From Azolla caroliniana (lineage: Eukaryota > Plantae > Polypodiophyta): DNA of 64,000 nt. A program made the translations under genes and the position numbers. Below the pieces are notes generated by a model. It was given only the letters and a program-made list of their open reading frames with translations. It searched no databases and had not been told where the DNA came from. The stretch lies in the NCBI GenBank assembly GCA_043228905.1, contig JBHGNT010000002.1:5890001-5954000 (forward strand), written 5' to 3'. Below, piece after piece: positions 34,655 through 47,604 of this stretch (the first letter of the stretch is position 1; the number at the start of each line of letters is the position of its first letter).

Positions 34655-37600
34655 ACCCTTAGAATTCGGAAGATCTATAATAAAATCCAAAGAAATAGAT
34701 TGCCCTGGCTTCCTTGGAATCGGTAATGGCTCCAATAAACCATACGGATGATGTCGGGGCATCTTCGCTTTGCAGCATGTATCACATGTTCGAACATAGT
34801 CTTCTACAAATTTACACATATGTGGCCATCAAAATGTTTGGGTTATTAAATCCAAGGTTTTAGTACTACCAAAATGTTCAACCGTATATGTATCATGGCA
34901 ATTTTGTATGAATCGAAGGTGAGATGAACCATTGGGAACATACAAAAGATTTTTAAAGAAGAGTAGTCCATCATGCCCTTTGACTTGGTGATAATCTGTA
35001 CCTGATTGTTGTGACCGCCAACATGATGCACAAGTGGGATCAGTGTAATCTAAGATATCTTGAGCAAAGACCTTTGTCCTCAAATCCTGACGGATAGTAT
35101 CAATAATGTTGGATTCCAATGGAGTATCAAAAACCGAAGTTGCTTGAAGCTATGTAGGACCCAAGATTACTTGCTTTTTATTATCAAAGGTCAAATCATC
35201 AAGACGAGGTGCTAGATACGAGCGTCGTGATAATGCATCTACCTTCCCGTGTTGCTTGCCTGGACGAAATGTAATCTTGAAGTCAAAATGAGTGAGAAAC
35301 TTAACCCACCAAGCTTGTCATCTATTTAATACATGAGCATTCTGGAAATGGGTGAGGTTCTTGTGACCACTAAATACAATGATTCAATGAGGAGATCCTT
35401 CTAGGAAATGTCACCATTGTGCAAAGGAATCAACTATAGCTAATAATTCATTTCCATGCACCTCATAGTTGATTTTGGCAATGTCAAAATTGCGTGAGTG
35501 GAAAGCCACTAGTTGTAGCTTCTCATCATCACGTTGTTGTTACAAAATACCACCAAGTGCAAAATCCAACGTGTCTAGTTCAATAATAAATGGTTTTTTC
35601 AAATCAACATGAGCTAAAATAGGGGCCGATGTACAAACAATTGATTGAGCCTTCTTTGTGAGTTGTGTGAAAGGCAAAATAAGCTTTGAGTAGTCATGTA
35701 TAAACTTGTGATAGAAATGTGCAAATCCTAGAAAACATTGCACATCTCGCACTGATCATGGAGTCTTCCATTCTAACACCGTTTGGACCTTAGCTGGATC
35801 GATAGAGATTCCTTTAGAGGAGATGATATAGACTACGAATTCCAGCTATTTACAATCAAAATTACACTTTTTGAGTGTTGCATAAAGACCATGTTCTTGT
35901 AGTCGTTTTAGTACTAATCGTACATGAGAATCATGTTCTTCCTTTTTATTTTTAATAAATTAGTAGATCATCCAAGTAGATGATCAGATAGATGTCCAAA
36001 AATCTCAAAAAATATCATTTTCCATGCGTTGAAAAATTGTTGGTGCATTGGTTAGCCCGAATGGCATATAACTGTATAGTCAAAATGCCCATATTGGGTG
36101 CGGAAACTTATCTTCTACTCTTGTCGTAGTTGAATCTGTACGAGGTTATATGCACCATGTAAGTCGATATTTGTGAAATATTTTGCACCATTAATCCTTT
36201 CTAAAAGACTCAAGATTAGGGGAAGTGCATACCTATTTGTAATGGTAACTTTATTCAGGCCATGGTATTCCTCAAGAAAATAGGTGCGCTAGCTGGAGAT
36301 TTCGAATGTAGAATGAATCCATTCTCCAAGTTTTCCTCTATGTAGGCTCGAAGAACCTCCAGCTTGGTTGGTGACAAGTTGTAGATTGGTCCCCACAGTG
36401 ATTCTTTTCCTAGTTGTAAATCAATGGGACAATCATACGGTCAATGTTGAGGAAGAGTCAGGTTTTACCTTATAAAAAACATTGGCATAATGGCGATACT
36501 TCCTTGGAAGTTGAATTGTTGACTTCTCAATGATACTAGAAGGCTTCAATGATATGGCAATTAAAAACATTGGCCTCATTCTCCAATCGATTTCGGGGTT
36601 GTGTAATTCGAACCAAGGTAACCCCAAGACAATTGGATGCTTTGGGCTACTAATTATATTAAATGATATTACACATGCCAAATAATCTAGGATAACATGA
36701 ACCAACTCCAACTCTTCTACGATATTTCCAGAAGCAATGGGACAACCATCAATGACTATACGGAAGTTGGGCAAGGAAGTTTCCTTAAAGATATCTGATG
36801 AACTTGAGTTGCAAAATTCCAATCCATGAGGCAAGAATTAGCCCCGATATCTAGGAGTGCTAAGACATGTATTAGAGGGTTGTTTGTAGTACTAACTTCT
36901 ACTTGAGCTAAGAACACCTTGCCAGCTTGCTTAGGAGAAATGGAACCACTAATGGGCAACACAGATCCAGGTTTTTCCAACCAAACAATTCCTATTTTGG
37001 CTGGACTTAATCGTTTAACTCTTCTTCTAGTTGAATGAGAACTTCAAATTTGTTGGATAAACTTGGACCACTAGGATTATCAAATACTCTTAATAAAATA
37101 GACTCAGGTTTAGCAATAACAACTAGTTGATTTAAGTCTAGTCTTCTTGGCCTATGGGGACAATTTACTGCAATATGCCCTTGACCACAGTAATATAAAC
37201 ATAGACGATTTGCTCAGCATCGTTGCTTTTCTTCTTCAATAATGGTCCACAACGACGTGTTTTGTTGATTTCCATTAGACTGTGTTAGTGGATTTGTAGA
37301 GGATGCATTATATGATTCTATTGGGAAGGGTTTTGCTATGATTAATGCATATGTAGGCTCCGATCTTGTCCTTGGCATCTATAACTGTCATTCTAAACAT
37401 CGTTCAAAAAGACAATAATTGCATCACACCGCTTAATTGATTGCCTTTGTGAGCGACTTTGGTTCTTCAAGGAAAGTCAAGAATAAATCTTTGACATCAT
37501 TGTGTAGGCCAAAACGAAATTGCTCCATCAATGCTTGGTTGTCCAATGGAATATCACTTGCAAGTAGATGGAAATCCGCAATATAGGCTAAGACCAAACG

Positions 37601-38866
37601 ATCTCCTTGACGCAATATTTGGATTTTATTGATTGATGTCCTAACACTAGTGATATCTCCAAAATATGCTTTAAACTCACTAATAAACTCCTCGAAATTA
37701 TTTAGCGAAGGAGATCCTTTTTCTAACAAAGGGGTGAACCATGGTAACGTTGTACCACTAAGTAATGTGCCTACTAGCACCACTCGTGATGCATCGGTGG
37801 GATATCGAGAAGGATGCATTTGGATCACCAAGCATACCTGATCAAGGAACCCTTTGAATTGTGATGGCGTTCCATCAAATTTCACGAGGAGACCAATCTT
37901 GCGCTCTTTAAGGATTCCTTGAGTATTTGGTTCTTGTTGTTGTAACAACATGATCTTTACTTCCAGCTGTTGCACTATTAATGCCAACTCCCCATGTTGT
38001 TGTTGTGTTTTTTGCTTTTCTAAAGTGATTTCTTGAAGATCTCCAACAACCGTGGATTTTCTTGTTCCAATGCTACGAACTTTTCCTTCAAGCTCCGAAA
38101 AGACAGATTGGCATTCTTGTGCGGTTACAATTGCCATTTAACACTAATGGAAGGATCGATAAGAGGACTAATATTAGAGGAAGGGAGGATAAGAAGGTAT
38201 TTGGTTCAAATTGTCCTAAATAGTACTAGAGATAGAGAGGAGGGAATGATTGAAAAAATCATGAGAGAGAGAAGGAGAGAGAGATAGGGTGTGGAAGAGA
38301 GAAATATGATAACAAGAAGTATATTATGTGAAGAGGAGTACAAGGATAGTTAATGCTTAGAACTAGCGTTCAATTGAATTGGTTTTGAATAGTGCCATAT
38401 GCCTCAAACACGTTCGCATTCACAAGTGGAAGGATCACGCATTCCACTTATAGATTGCTTTTATAATCTTGCGATTTTAGGCAGTTTTCAAAAACTTGAT
38501 ACATCAGTATCACATGTTTTAAATAACATATAAAATTTGCTGTTTTTTAAAGATTTAACAAGTGTCAAAATGATAATTTCTAAAATTGAATAGTTTTTCA
38601 ATAAATGTTTAAATGTTGACGGTTTGCATATATGAAATCTAGTTAACTTAAAGAAAATCACAATGGTTAACTCAAGGCACAAGTTACGATTAATGGTTTC
38701 ATCATCTTGAGAAGATGTAGGTTCAAGAAGTGGAAGTGACATCAATTGGTATACTTGAAAATGTTTTAAGTATAAGAGGTAACCCTATAATCCTTAGTGT
38801 CATCATTTATAAATTTAGTGCTCATCAACATCCACAAATTCACAACTCAAGAAATGTAAATTTCTC

Positions 38867-38922
38867 AAGACCTTGGCACTGATGAGCTCTACCTAGAGCG
38901 AAACTAGTTTGCACAAGGTCTT
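38867..38922 (+). ncRNA. Minimal type I hammerhead ribozyme
   Basis: Stem I AAGACCTTG-GCA / TGCACAAGGTCTT; CTGATGA; stem II GCTCT-ACCT-AGAGC; GAAA; palindromic mini stem III ACTAGT; GTT cleavage triplet. Confidence 0.82.
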
Positions 38923-39420
38923 TCTAATGAAAATTTCTTAAGCTTTTCTCTTTTCTCACTCACTCTTCTCTTCTTCTTTCATCTCATTCTCTCATTCTCT
39001 TTTACTCTTGGTCACCTCTAATCCTACTCACCTTAGTTTCACTTGCATCATTGCTTTATTTCTTTTCTTACTCTTCCCATATCATCTCAATAGTTGTGCT
39101 AGTTCGCTCGCACTCCTTGTCACGATCCTACGGTCATAGCAACAATTTTGATAAATTCACAACTCCAAAAATATAGACAATATTCATAAATTGTGAAAAC
39201 TATCAAACTTAGATGTAAGCATTAATATATCAATTTGAGCATATCACATAGTTATCAGGGTATCCACACTGCTCTTCTCTTCTTCCTTTTGAGAACTCCC
39301 CTACAAAATTTATGCAATATTATCTACTCCACATAAGCTAGCAATGATAGGGTTCTCCAATAGTTTGTTGACAAAATCAATAAGTTCCTTAGGTTCACCA
39401 ACTAATGTAGGAATATGTTT

Positions 39421-42118
39421 TGTCAGGATCAGTACTAAGGCAGAGAAGGAATTAGTACTAAAAGATGAGGATTAGTACTAAGAGAGGTTTAGAACTCTCG
39501 AGAGAAGGAAAGAGCGAGTGAGAGAGAGAGATAGAGAGAGAGAGAAAGGGTGAGAGAATGATGATAAAAGATAGGGAGTATACACTAGTAGCTAGGAGGC
39601 TTAAGACAGGCATTGAACCGATTTGGTTCAAAATAATGCCTTGTGAGTGTTCTCAGGAGTACTCCTGAAGTTTCTAGAATGTTCCAGAGAAATCTAGAAG
39701 ATACATCAATTTTCTATAATAAAACATAAATGAAAATAATATTCTACGTATTACAATGTGTGGTCTAATGGTCAAGAGCTTGACCCATGTAGCATAAGGT
39801 CATGGGTTCGAGTCTTGCCATATCATGACACTATCGTCCCTTTAAAACGATGAGTGTCACGAGTCGTTTTGGATTGAGACCCCGTTTGTCTATATATTGA
39901 CAATGGAAGTCGTCAAGAAGAGCACGAGCATTAGTCACATTCTCTATCGGTTCCCAAGTACGCTCATTGGGACTATATCCTAGCCAATCGACTAGATAGT
40001 AGAGCTTGTTGTGAACAATCTTGGAATCAAGGATGGCGGCAACCTCGTACTCAAGTCCATCTTCAAGCTCGATCGGGGGTGGAGGCTATGTAATATGTTC
40101 TGGGATGGTGCTTTCTTGATAGGGTTCGAGGAGAGAACTATGAAACACCGAATTCCATCTTCAAGCTCGATCAGGGGTGGAGGCTGTGTAACACGTCCTA
40201 GGATGGTGCTCTCTTGATAGGGTTCGAGGAGAGAACTATGAAACACCGGATGTATCCGAAGTTGTAGAGGTAGATGGAGATGAAAAGTGACATCATTAAT
40301 CTTTCCTATAATATGGAAAGGACCTAATCGCCGATAATCCAACTTCTCGCATGGGCGAGTAGTCTTGATGTGTCATTGTAGTAGCCATACCCGATCTCCA
40401 ATGTTAAAACTAGATGGAAGTTGATGTCGATACGCGTAAACCTTGTGTGTTTGTTGAGCTTGTTGGAGATCAGTAGATAAATCTGCTTGTATCTTGCGTA
40501 ACTGCTCTAAACGATCCTCTACGCAAGAATTTGTGGACAACTCTGGGGTTTCAAATACACACCACCGGGGGTGACAACTTGTATAACCATAAAATGGCGT
40601 AACTTTAGTCGATGCGTGGACAGAGTTATTATAGGCAAATTCGGCGAAGTGGAGAATATTTGCCTAGTGATCTTGATGATAGCTTAGAAAGCACCGAAGA
40701 TACTGCTCCATCGTTTGATTTGTTCATTCTGCTTGGCCATCGGTTTGTGGGTGGTAGCCGGAGTAGAGGTTACAAGTGACCTTGAGCATTTTAAAAAAGT
40801 GCTTCTAGAATTTCGATACGAGCTAGGGTCCACGGTCGTTGATGATACTATCGGGAAGGCCATGATGCCGACATCCTTCACGCATGACAATTTCAGCGGT
40901 TTCTTCACTGGAGATTTCCTTAGTACATGGCAAGAAATGAGCCATCTTCGTATATCAATCTACGACTATTAGAATCGCATTGAACCCGTTAGAGACTGGA
41001 AGATCTATGATGAAGTCTAGATTACCTACTTTTGGTTATCAAAACCTGGCTCGCCAGGACGCGGTGCTAGGTACGAACGCCGTGATAATGCATCTGCCTT
41101 CTCTTGGTGCTTCCCCGGACGATATGTAATTTTGAAGTCGAAATGCGTGAGGAAGTGGGCCCACCAAGCTTGACGTCGATTTAACACACGAGCATCCTGA
41201 AAGTAGGCAAGGTTTTTGTGGTCAATGAATACGGTGACTTGATGAGTGGATCCCTCTAGAAAATGCCTCCATTGCATAAAATAGTCCACTATTGCCAATT
41301 GCTCCTTATCATGAATTTCATAGTTGATTTTGCCGGCGTCAAACTTGCGTGAGTGAAAAGCTACAGGATGTAGCTTCTCATCACTACCCCATTGTGACAG
41401 AATGCTCCCCAATGCGAAATCCTGTGCATCTGCTTCGATAATGAATGGTTTTTCCGGATTGACATGAGCTAGAATTGGAGCCGATGTAAATGCCTTTATG
41501 TTGTCAGTATCTCCAAAACAGGCTTTAAACTCACTTATAAATTCTTCAAAATTGTTTAGTAATGGAGATTCTTTTTCTAACAGCGGAGCGAACCATGCCA
41601 ACGCTGAGCCACTTAACAACGTGCCTACTAAACCCACTCGAAATGCATCGGTTGGATATCGGGAAGGATGCATTTGAATAACTAGTCGTACCTGATTAAG
41701 GAACCCTCTAAACTGCGATCACGTTCCATCGAATTTCATGGGAAGGCTGATCTTGGGTTCTTTATGAATCCCTTGTGTTCCGGGTCCTTGTTGTTACATC
41801 ACTACAATGGTTGCTTCGAGTTGTTGCACACGTAACGTCAGCTCCCCGTGTTGTTGTTGTTTTTCTAGCATTATTTGTTGAAGATCCCCCAACAAACGGT
41901 GATTTTCTTGTTCTAGTACTACAAATTTCTCTTTTAAGCACTAGAGCTCCGAGAAAACAGGTTTCCATTTTACTAGGGAGGATAAGAGGATTAGTATGAA
42001 AGGAAGAAAGGGGTAAGAAGATGAGGGAAACCGAAAAGAAGACCGGAAAAAGGGGATATGTAAGAAGATAAAAGGAAGAGGAGGAAACGGAAGGAGGATG
42101 GAAAATCGGTTCAAACTG
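39421..42118 (-). mobile_element. Deleted gypsy chromovirus nested in copy 2
   Basis: 3' LTR 39421-39830; chromodomain EYEVAAILDSKIVHNKLYYLVDWLGYSPNERTWEP; integrase; ORF 41026-41673 is a gag/RNase H deletion fusion; 5' LTR absent. Confidence 0.9.
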
Positions 42119-43020
42119 CTCGTCGTCCTTTTTAAGTGCAACAATATTTTTGAATAACTTCAATGCAAATGCAAATGTAGTACACATTAACAATTAAAAA
42201 TGAAAAGTGCTTTAGCTAAACATAAGCTATATTGATTTCTGAAGGCATAGCAAACAAAGTTATAATAATTTACCCGAGCCGGAGAACAAATCTAGTATCC
42301 AATCTCCTTCATTGGAGAACATTTAAAATGACAATTATCAATATTAAGTAGAATGTATTGATGGGAAAAAATCAAAACTCTCCATGTAATATAAATATTT
42401 CTTACTAAGCAAGGTTTTCTATCCCATGACAATGAGATCTCAAGGCCTATGCTATAGAGTATCCTTGGTACATGCTATGGAATACGATAATTCTTCATAA
42501 GGATATTGTTTGTGCAAAATCTTTCACCATCTTCCCAAGTTATTTAAACATAAATGGTTCATCATCATATGTTTATCCAACCATACAAAATCCGTATGGT
42601 ATCTCAATAATCAATAATATGTACTCCTTTGTTGGCAATATGTGCATCATCTTAGCCACATCACCAGAATAGACATTATAGCATAAATCCTAGGTGATAT
42701 ATTTTTTGTGGCTAAATTTCTTAAAAGTGCCACCATCTTCTACACCGTATGCCTTCACTAAACGGTAGTTCTTTTCTTTCTATGCTCTTTCAAGATGTGC
42801 AAGAAATGATGTAGGAAAATCAAGAATATCTTTAACTTCTCTCAATATCTTATTATCACTATCTTGGTATATCATTGTTGAACAATTTTTCTTTGCTCTC
42901 TGACTATACATGGCTTCTTCACATTGAGCAGATTCTAAAGGCGAGCCTCGATTATTCAAACAAATTTTCTTGACCATACACTCATCCTGATTTTCAGTTG
43001 ACCTTGTAGGTGCAAGATAA
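42119..43020 (-). pseudogene. Remnant of the ParB-MTase gene in copy 2
   Basis: EVKDILDFPTSFLAHLERA..YNVYSGDV..EYILLIIEIPYGF..HGIENLA; MFSNEGDWILDLFSGSG; ALKLFKNIVALKKDDE. Two splice donors are at the same positions as in copy 1. Confidence 0.88.
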
Positions 43021-43779
43021 AAAAATATAGAGAAACTCAATTATATGAACCAATAAGTAGTTTCTAACAACTTAGATGTTTAAAGACAGCTTAACTCTAG
43101 AAAAAGGCTCTAAATGCCAAAAAGAGACATGTAGATATGAAATATCGCAAAAATTAATGAATTTTTGTTAAATAATATGCAAAAAAAACACTAAATAGTG
43201 CAGTAAAAACACTCCCATCAATCAATTTTTCTAATGGGAAATCCTAGAAAAAATAGAGAATATTTGTGAAAATATACAATTTATTCAGAAACTCGATAAT
43301 TTTAATAGTAAAATAGAGATTTCATAGTACAATTCGATACAATATATTGAGTTTATGTTATTTTCCCATAAAAAAACCCAAACAATTAAAAACAAATATT
43401 TAAAAAAAAATTTACTTTAAACATGAACTCAATACATTGTATCAAATTGTGATGAAAACTCTACATTTTATATCAACTCGATACAATGTATCGAGTTTAT
43501 GTATAAAAATGTTCTTTTTTATCAAATAAAAAAGAACAATTTTAAACATGAACTCACATTGTACTAAAATTTCTATTTTTACAAGAAGTATGTTGCACAC
43601 CAAGATACCTTATGGTGAATATGTTCTTCATTGGTCAACAAAAAACCATTAATAATTGTGTTGATGGTAATTGAACCTTGCAAATGTCGTTTACATGGTC
43701 TATAATATATTAGTGTGGTCTCAATCACCGCTTCAAGTACTTAATGGTGATCTCCATAGTTTGCTGAATCCATAACAGA

Positions 43780-44250
43780 GAAACATTTATGTGGAATTAA
43801 GGATGACAACACGAGCATAACTCAGGTGCTAAAGAAACTTGCAACAACTTAAGGTGGGGATATTAATAGCTACACATGCAGATGGCCATGATGTAGGTCA
43901 CAAATTCTGGATTGGTAAAGTTTTGGATGCGGTGATGCATTAAACCTTTGTAATACATCTATAATTGACATTAGTGAGGTGAATATCATTGTGTATGACT
44001 TTACATTGACAAAAGTTGGATGTTTAAGGAAGATAACAATAGACATAATAAAAGAGATATTACCAAGTCTAGAAAATGTCTCAGATTGAAGCCGAACAAG
44101 ATTTAGTGCACATAATTTTGAGACACCATTTGGTGAAGACAATGATTTGATTGGTACATTCGGAAATGAGGAGGAAGAGTCCCAATTGTATATTAGTTAT
44201 AGTAGCGATTCTCATGAAAGGAGTGATCGTAGTGATGCAAATAACTAGCA
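43780..44250 (+). pseudogene. Transposase C-terminal remnant in copy 2
   Basis: IYVELRMT..NLQQLKVGILIATHADGHDVGHKFWIGKVLD..DISEVNIIVYDFTLTKVG..TIDIIKE is homologous to ORF 335-811. Confidence 0.88.
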
Positions 44251-46811
44251 AATGTATTTTTTGTGCAACTATATGTAACAAATTTAGACAACATTTTATC
44301 GAATGATATAAAAAAGTTGATTTTTTGAAATCTTTTGCTTCTAAAATCCTTAAGATCTAAAAATGTATTAGTTGTCATTTTGCCTTAAAAATACACAAAG
44401 TTATTTTTCGTATTTGACAGAAATTTGGCATTTCTCAATTTTACCAAATGATGAAATTTTCAAAATTTTCATCAAGTTTTTGAGAGCATGTGATACTAGT
44501 AATAAGATGTTTTGTGAAATGGTAGAAAAAACCCCAAAATCAAACGGAATATTCCTTATCCTTCCACTTTTGAACAAGAACGTGTTCTCTATTTATAGTA
44601 TTATCAGGAGTATTCCTAAAATTTCTAGAATGTTCCAGAGTAATATAGAATATATATGAATTTTTTGTAATGAAATAAAAATGAAAATAATATCTTGTGA
44701 GTTACAATGAATAATATAATGGTATGGCCTCAACCCGTGTAATATAAGGTCATGGGTTCAACTCCTTTTGAGACCATATCATGATAGAGGGTTGTACACT
44801 CTTAAACCTTCGACCTCCATGATATGCCACCAGCACCATAGGTGAAGATTTATCCACCGCCTCCTAGTGCTTCTTTGTTGGGTTTGACATGTACCTACTC
44901 ATGACCCCTACAACATATGCAAGGTCAGGTTAGGTCACCACCATTGTGTACATGATGCTTCCTATGGTTGATGCATAGGGTATCTTTCCATTGAGCTTTC
45001 TCTCTACGTCGGTCGATGAAGAGTCTTTGTTCGATAGTCAAAACAACGTCGAAGCGAAGTTCTGGCTTCGCATTCTCCATGTTGAATTGCCTTAGCACCT
45101 TCCGGATGTAATCAGACTAGGAGAGCTGGAGGTCTTTGTTGTCCAATTTCTTGGATTCCTTTGTTGCTTCTGATGTGTCTATATACTCAGCCTCCATTGT
45201 CGATAGTGTCGTGCAATCCTGTAACTTCGACCTCCATAATATGGTGCCACCGTCGTTGGTGAACATGTAACCTAAAGTGGATTTCCGATTGTCGGGGTTA
45301 TCGGCATAATTGGAATCCATATAGCCTTCGACTTCGGTCGGATTGTCCGATCTGAAAGTCAGCTGCAAATCTTCTTCCTTGTAGGTACCTGAAGATGTTC
45401 TTCACATCTTCCCAATGCTTCCATCTGGGATAGGAGATGTATCAGTTGATGACCCCTATGACATTTGCAAGGTCAGGTTGGGTCACCACCATTGCCCATG
45501 AGACTTCCCACGGCCGAAGCGTAGGGTATTTGCCGCATGAACAATTTCTCCTCCTTTGTAAATGGAGAGTCTCTATCCGCTAGTTAGAGAGACTTCGGAA
45601 GTGGAGTTGGTGTCGTCTTAACATTCTCCATGTTGAAGTGCCTCAACACCTTTTGAGATGTAGTCAGATTGGGAGAGCCAGAGGGTCTTTGATATCTGAT
45701 GTCACTCTATTTGCATGCCCAATATGCATCGGGCTTGTCGCAACTCCTTCATGGTGAATGTCTCGTGAAGGCTCTATTTCAACTTCCGATTTTTGCTCGA
45801 TTGTTGCCTGCGATGAGCATGTCATTGACATATAGGATTAGATAGATCTAGGACTCATTGGCCAATTGCCAAATGTACATGCATGGGTCAAAGTCTGATT
45901 TGCTATATCCAAGCTGCCAGATGTAAGTATCAAATTTTTGATACCACATTCTTGGTGCTTGTTGTAGGCCATAAAGGGTGAAAGCATGAGAGTGGAAACA
46001 ATTAGCTATGTCCTTGACATAGCTAATTAGCTATGCAAAAAGCTACCATTGATAAATAGTCATTTTAGCAAAAAGCCATCAGTAATAAATTAACTATTCA
46101 AAAAACTACCATTGAAAATACTAGAGTGTTTTAATTACATATGTAAATGAGCACCATAAATGTGCAACATAAACGTGCAACATAAATTGATATGTGCACC
46201 ATAAATGTGTACCATAAATTATATATCGAATTCTTAGGTCCATTATGCATGATCCTTTGGCACATCACGTAGGCCATCTCTAGTTGAGTATTGTGGGTTA
46301 GTTGCTACCACTGTTGCTAAACCCTATCAAGTCCATCTGCCGCCACTCTACACTCAGGGGCCGCTATTGTGAAGGTCGTGTATTGCTGCCACTTTTTGAC
46401 CCGATGACGTTAACATCTCCACTGCCGCCATTCTACTCTCAATTGCCTTCTTTGTGCGTTCCAAGCATCATCGGTAACTGTTCCATTTGACGGGGTTCTC
46501 TCCTCCATTGCCATCATTCTACACTCAGTTTCCGCTACTGTCCAGTCATGGATTGCTTCCACATTTCAATTTGACGGAGTTCACTCATCCAACGGCAACA
46601 TTCTACACTCAGTTGTCGCCATTGGTTGGTCCTGGATCACCTCCTCAACTGTTCGATCCAACGGAGTGAACTCCTCAACTGTTCGGTCTTGGATTGCAAT
46701 AACTTTTCTGTCTATTGATTATCTTGTGTATTGTGGAATATTTTTGTGTATTGTTGTTGCCCATAGCCATCTTAAATACTTTTTTTTTTTCTGGAAATTT
46801 AGGGTTTTAAT

Positions 46812-47561
46812 ATGTCCAGCCAAATGGAATGGGAAGAAGGGTGTTTAGAATTACCCCTCAATGATCATAAGGATAGGGATGATGCTATCAGGACACAACA
46901 AGCCATACGAAACTATTGGGCAGGAAAAAAAAAAAAAAACATCGTCATTTGTTGAAGGATACGAAAGCCACACTCAGTAAGGTAAGGATAGTTTAGCTGA
47001 GAATGTAAGTAATGCGACTACCATCATAGAGAGAAAGGTTGTAGACTATTTCAATGTTCAAACCAAGCACATTAGCAATGAAGAAAAGAAGGAAGTACTT
47101 TATGGAATATTAAATGATCCATCAATAAAGGACTTAGTTGATTTTTATAGTCTTAATGCAAACATATCATCTATTTTAGTAAATAATCTTCGTAATAGTT
47201 TCGTATCCATGAGCAAGTCAGAAGATGATCTTGTCTTAAAAAGGTCTACTCTAATGATGTTACTTAATAGTGATGTTGACGATATAAACATCAGTGAGCT
47301 ATCTAAGGTAATTGGTGTTAGTAGAAAAATAGTGTACAATACATTGAACCGTATAATTTCCTTGGGTGAAGGAACTAGTCTACTAAAGCTAACTACAAGA
47401 TGTAAGCCAATGACACCATAACATTAGAAATCAAGGATGTAATCACAATGTTTTGGACTAATGAGAGTAGGGTTTCACCCAATAAAAAGGATTTATGTAG
47501 GAAACGTGTTGGAAAAAATCAATATGAGGAGCATCCCATTCATCTTCTTGATGTACCTCAG
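46812..47561 (+). pseudogene. N-terminal exon of a probable Sola2-type transposase; catalytic core not found
   Basis: HTH-like ISELSKVIGVSRKIVY, then FWTNESRVSPNKKDLCRKR..EHPIHLL (the SRxxPxKKD motif I associate with Sola2 N-termini), ending at a GT donor. Confidence 0.55.
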
Positions 47562-47604
47562 GTATTTACATTTATCTCAACATTTGTTTTGATTGTACAC
47601 GGAA

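Larger units (their letters stand above)
38407..44586. mobile_element. Sola1-like MTase-carrying element, copy 2 (inverted, internally deleted)
   Basis: TIRs 38407-38435 and 44558-44586; TSD CTCA/CTCT; contains MTase remnants (minus), palindrome remnants and the transposase C-terminus (plus). Confidence 0.88.
33660..44786 (-). mobile_element. Decayed Ty3/gypsy (Tcn1-like) element whose 5' LTR is split by Sola-like copy 2
   Basis: gag 37433-38137, protease (ALLDIGA), RT, RNase H, integrase (HPQTDGQ); LTR halves about 38212-38406 and 44587-44786. Confidence 0.85.

Noticed and set aside
41026-41673. Novel Gag-RNase H fusion protein
   Set aside because: Explained by an in-frame internal deletion of a decayed gypsy element.
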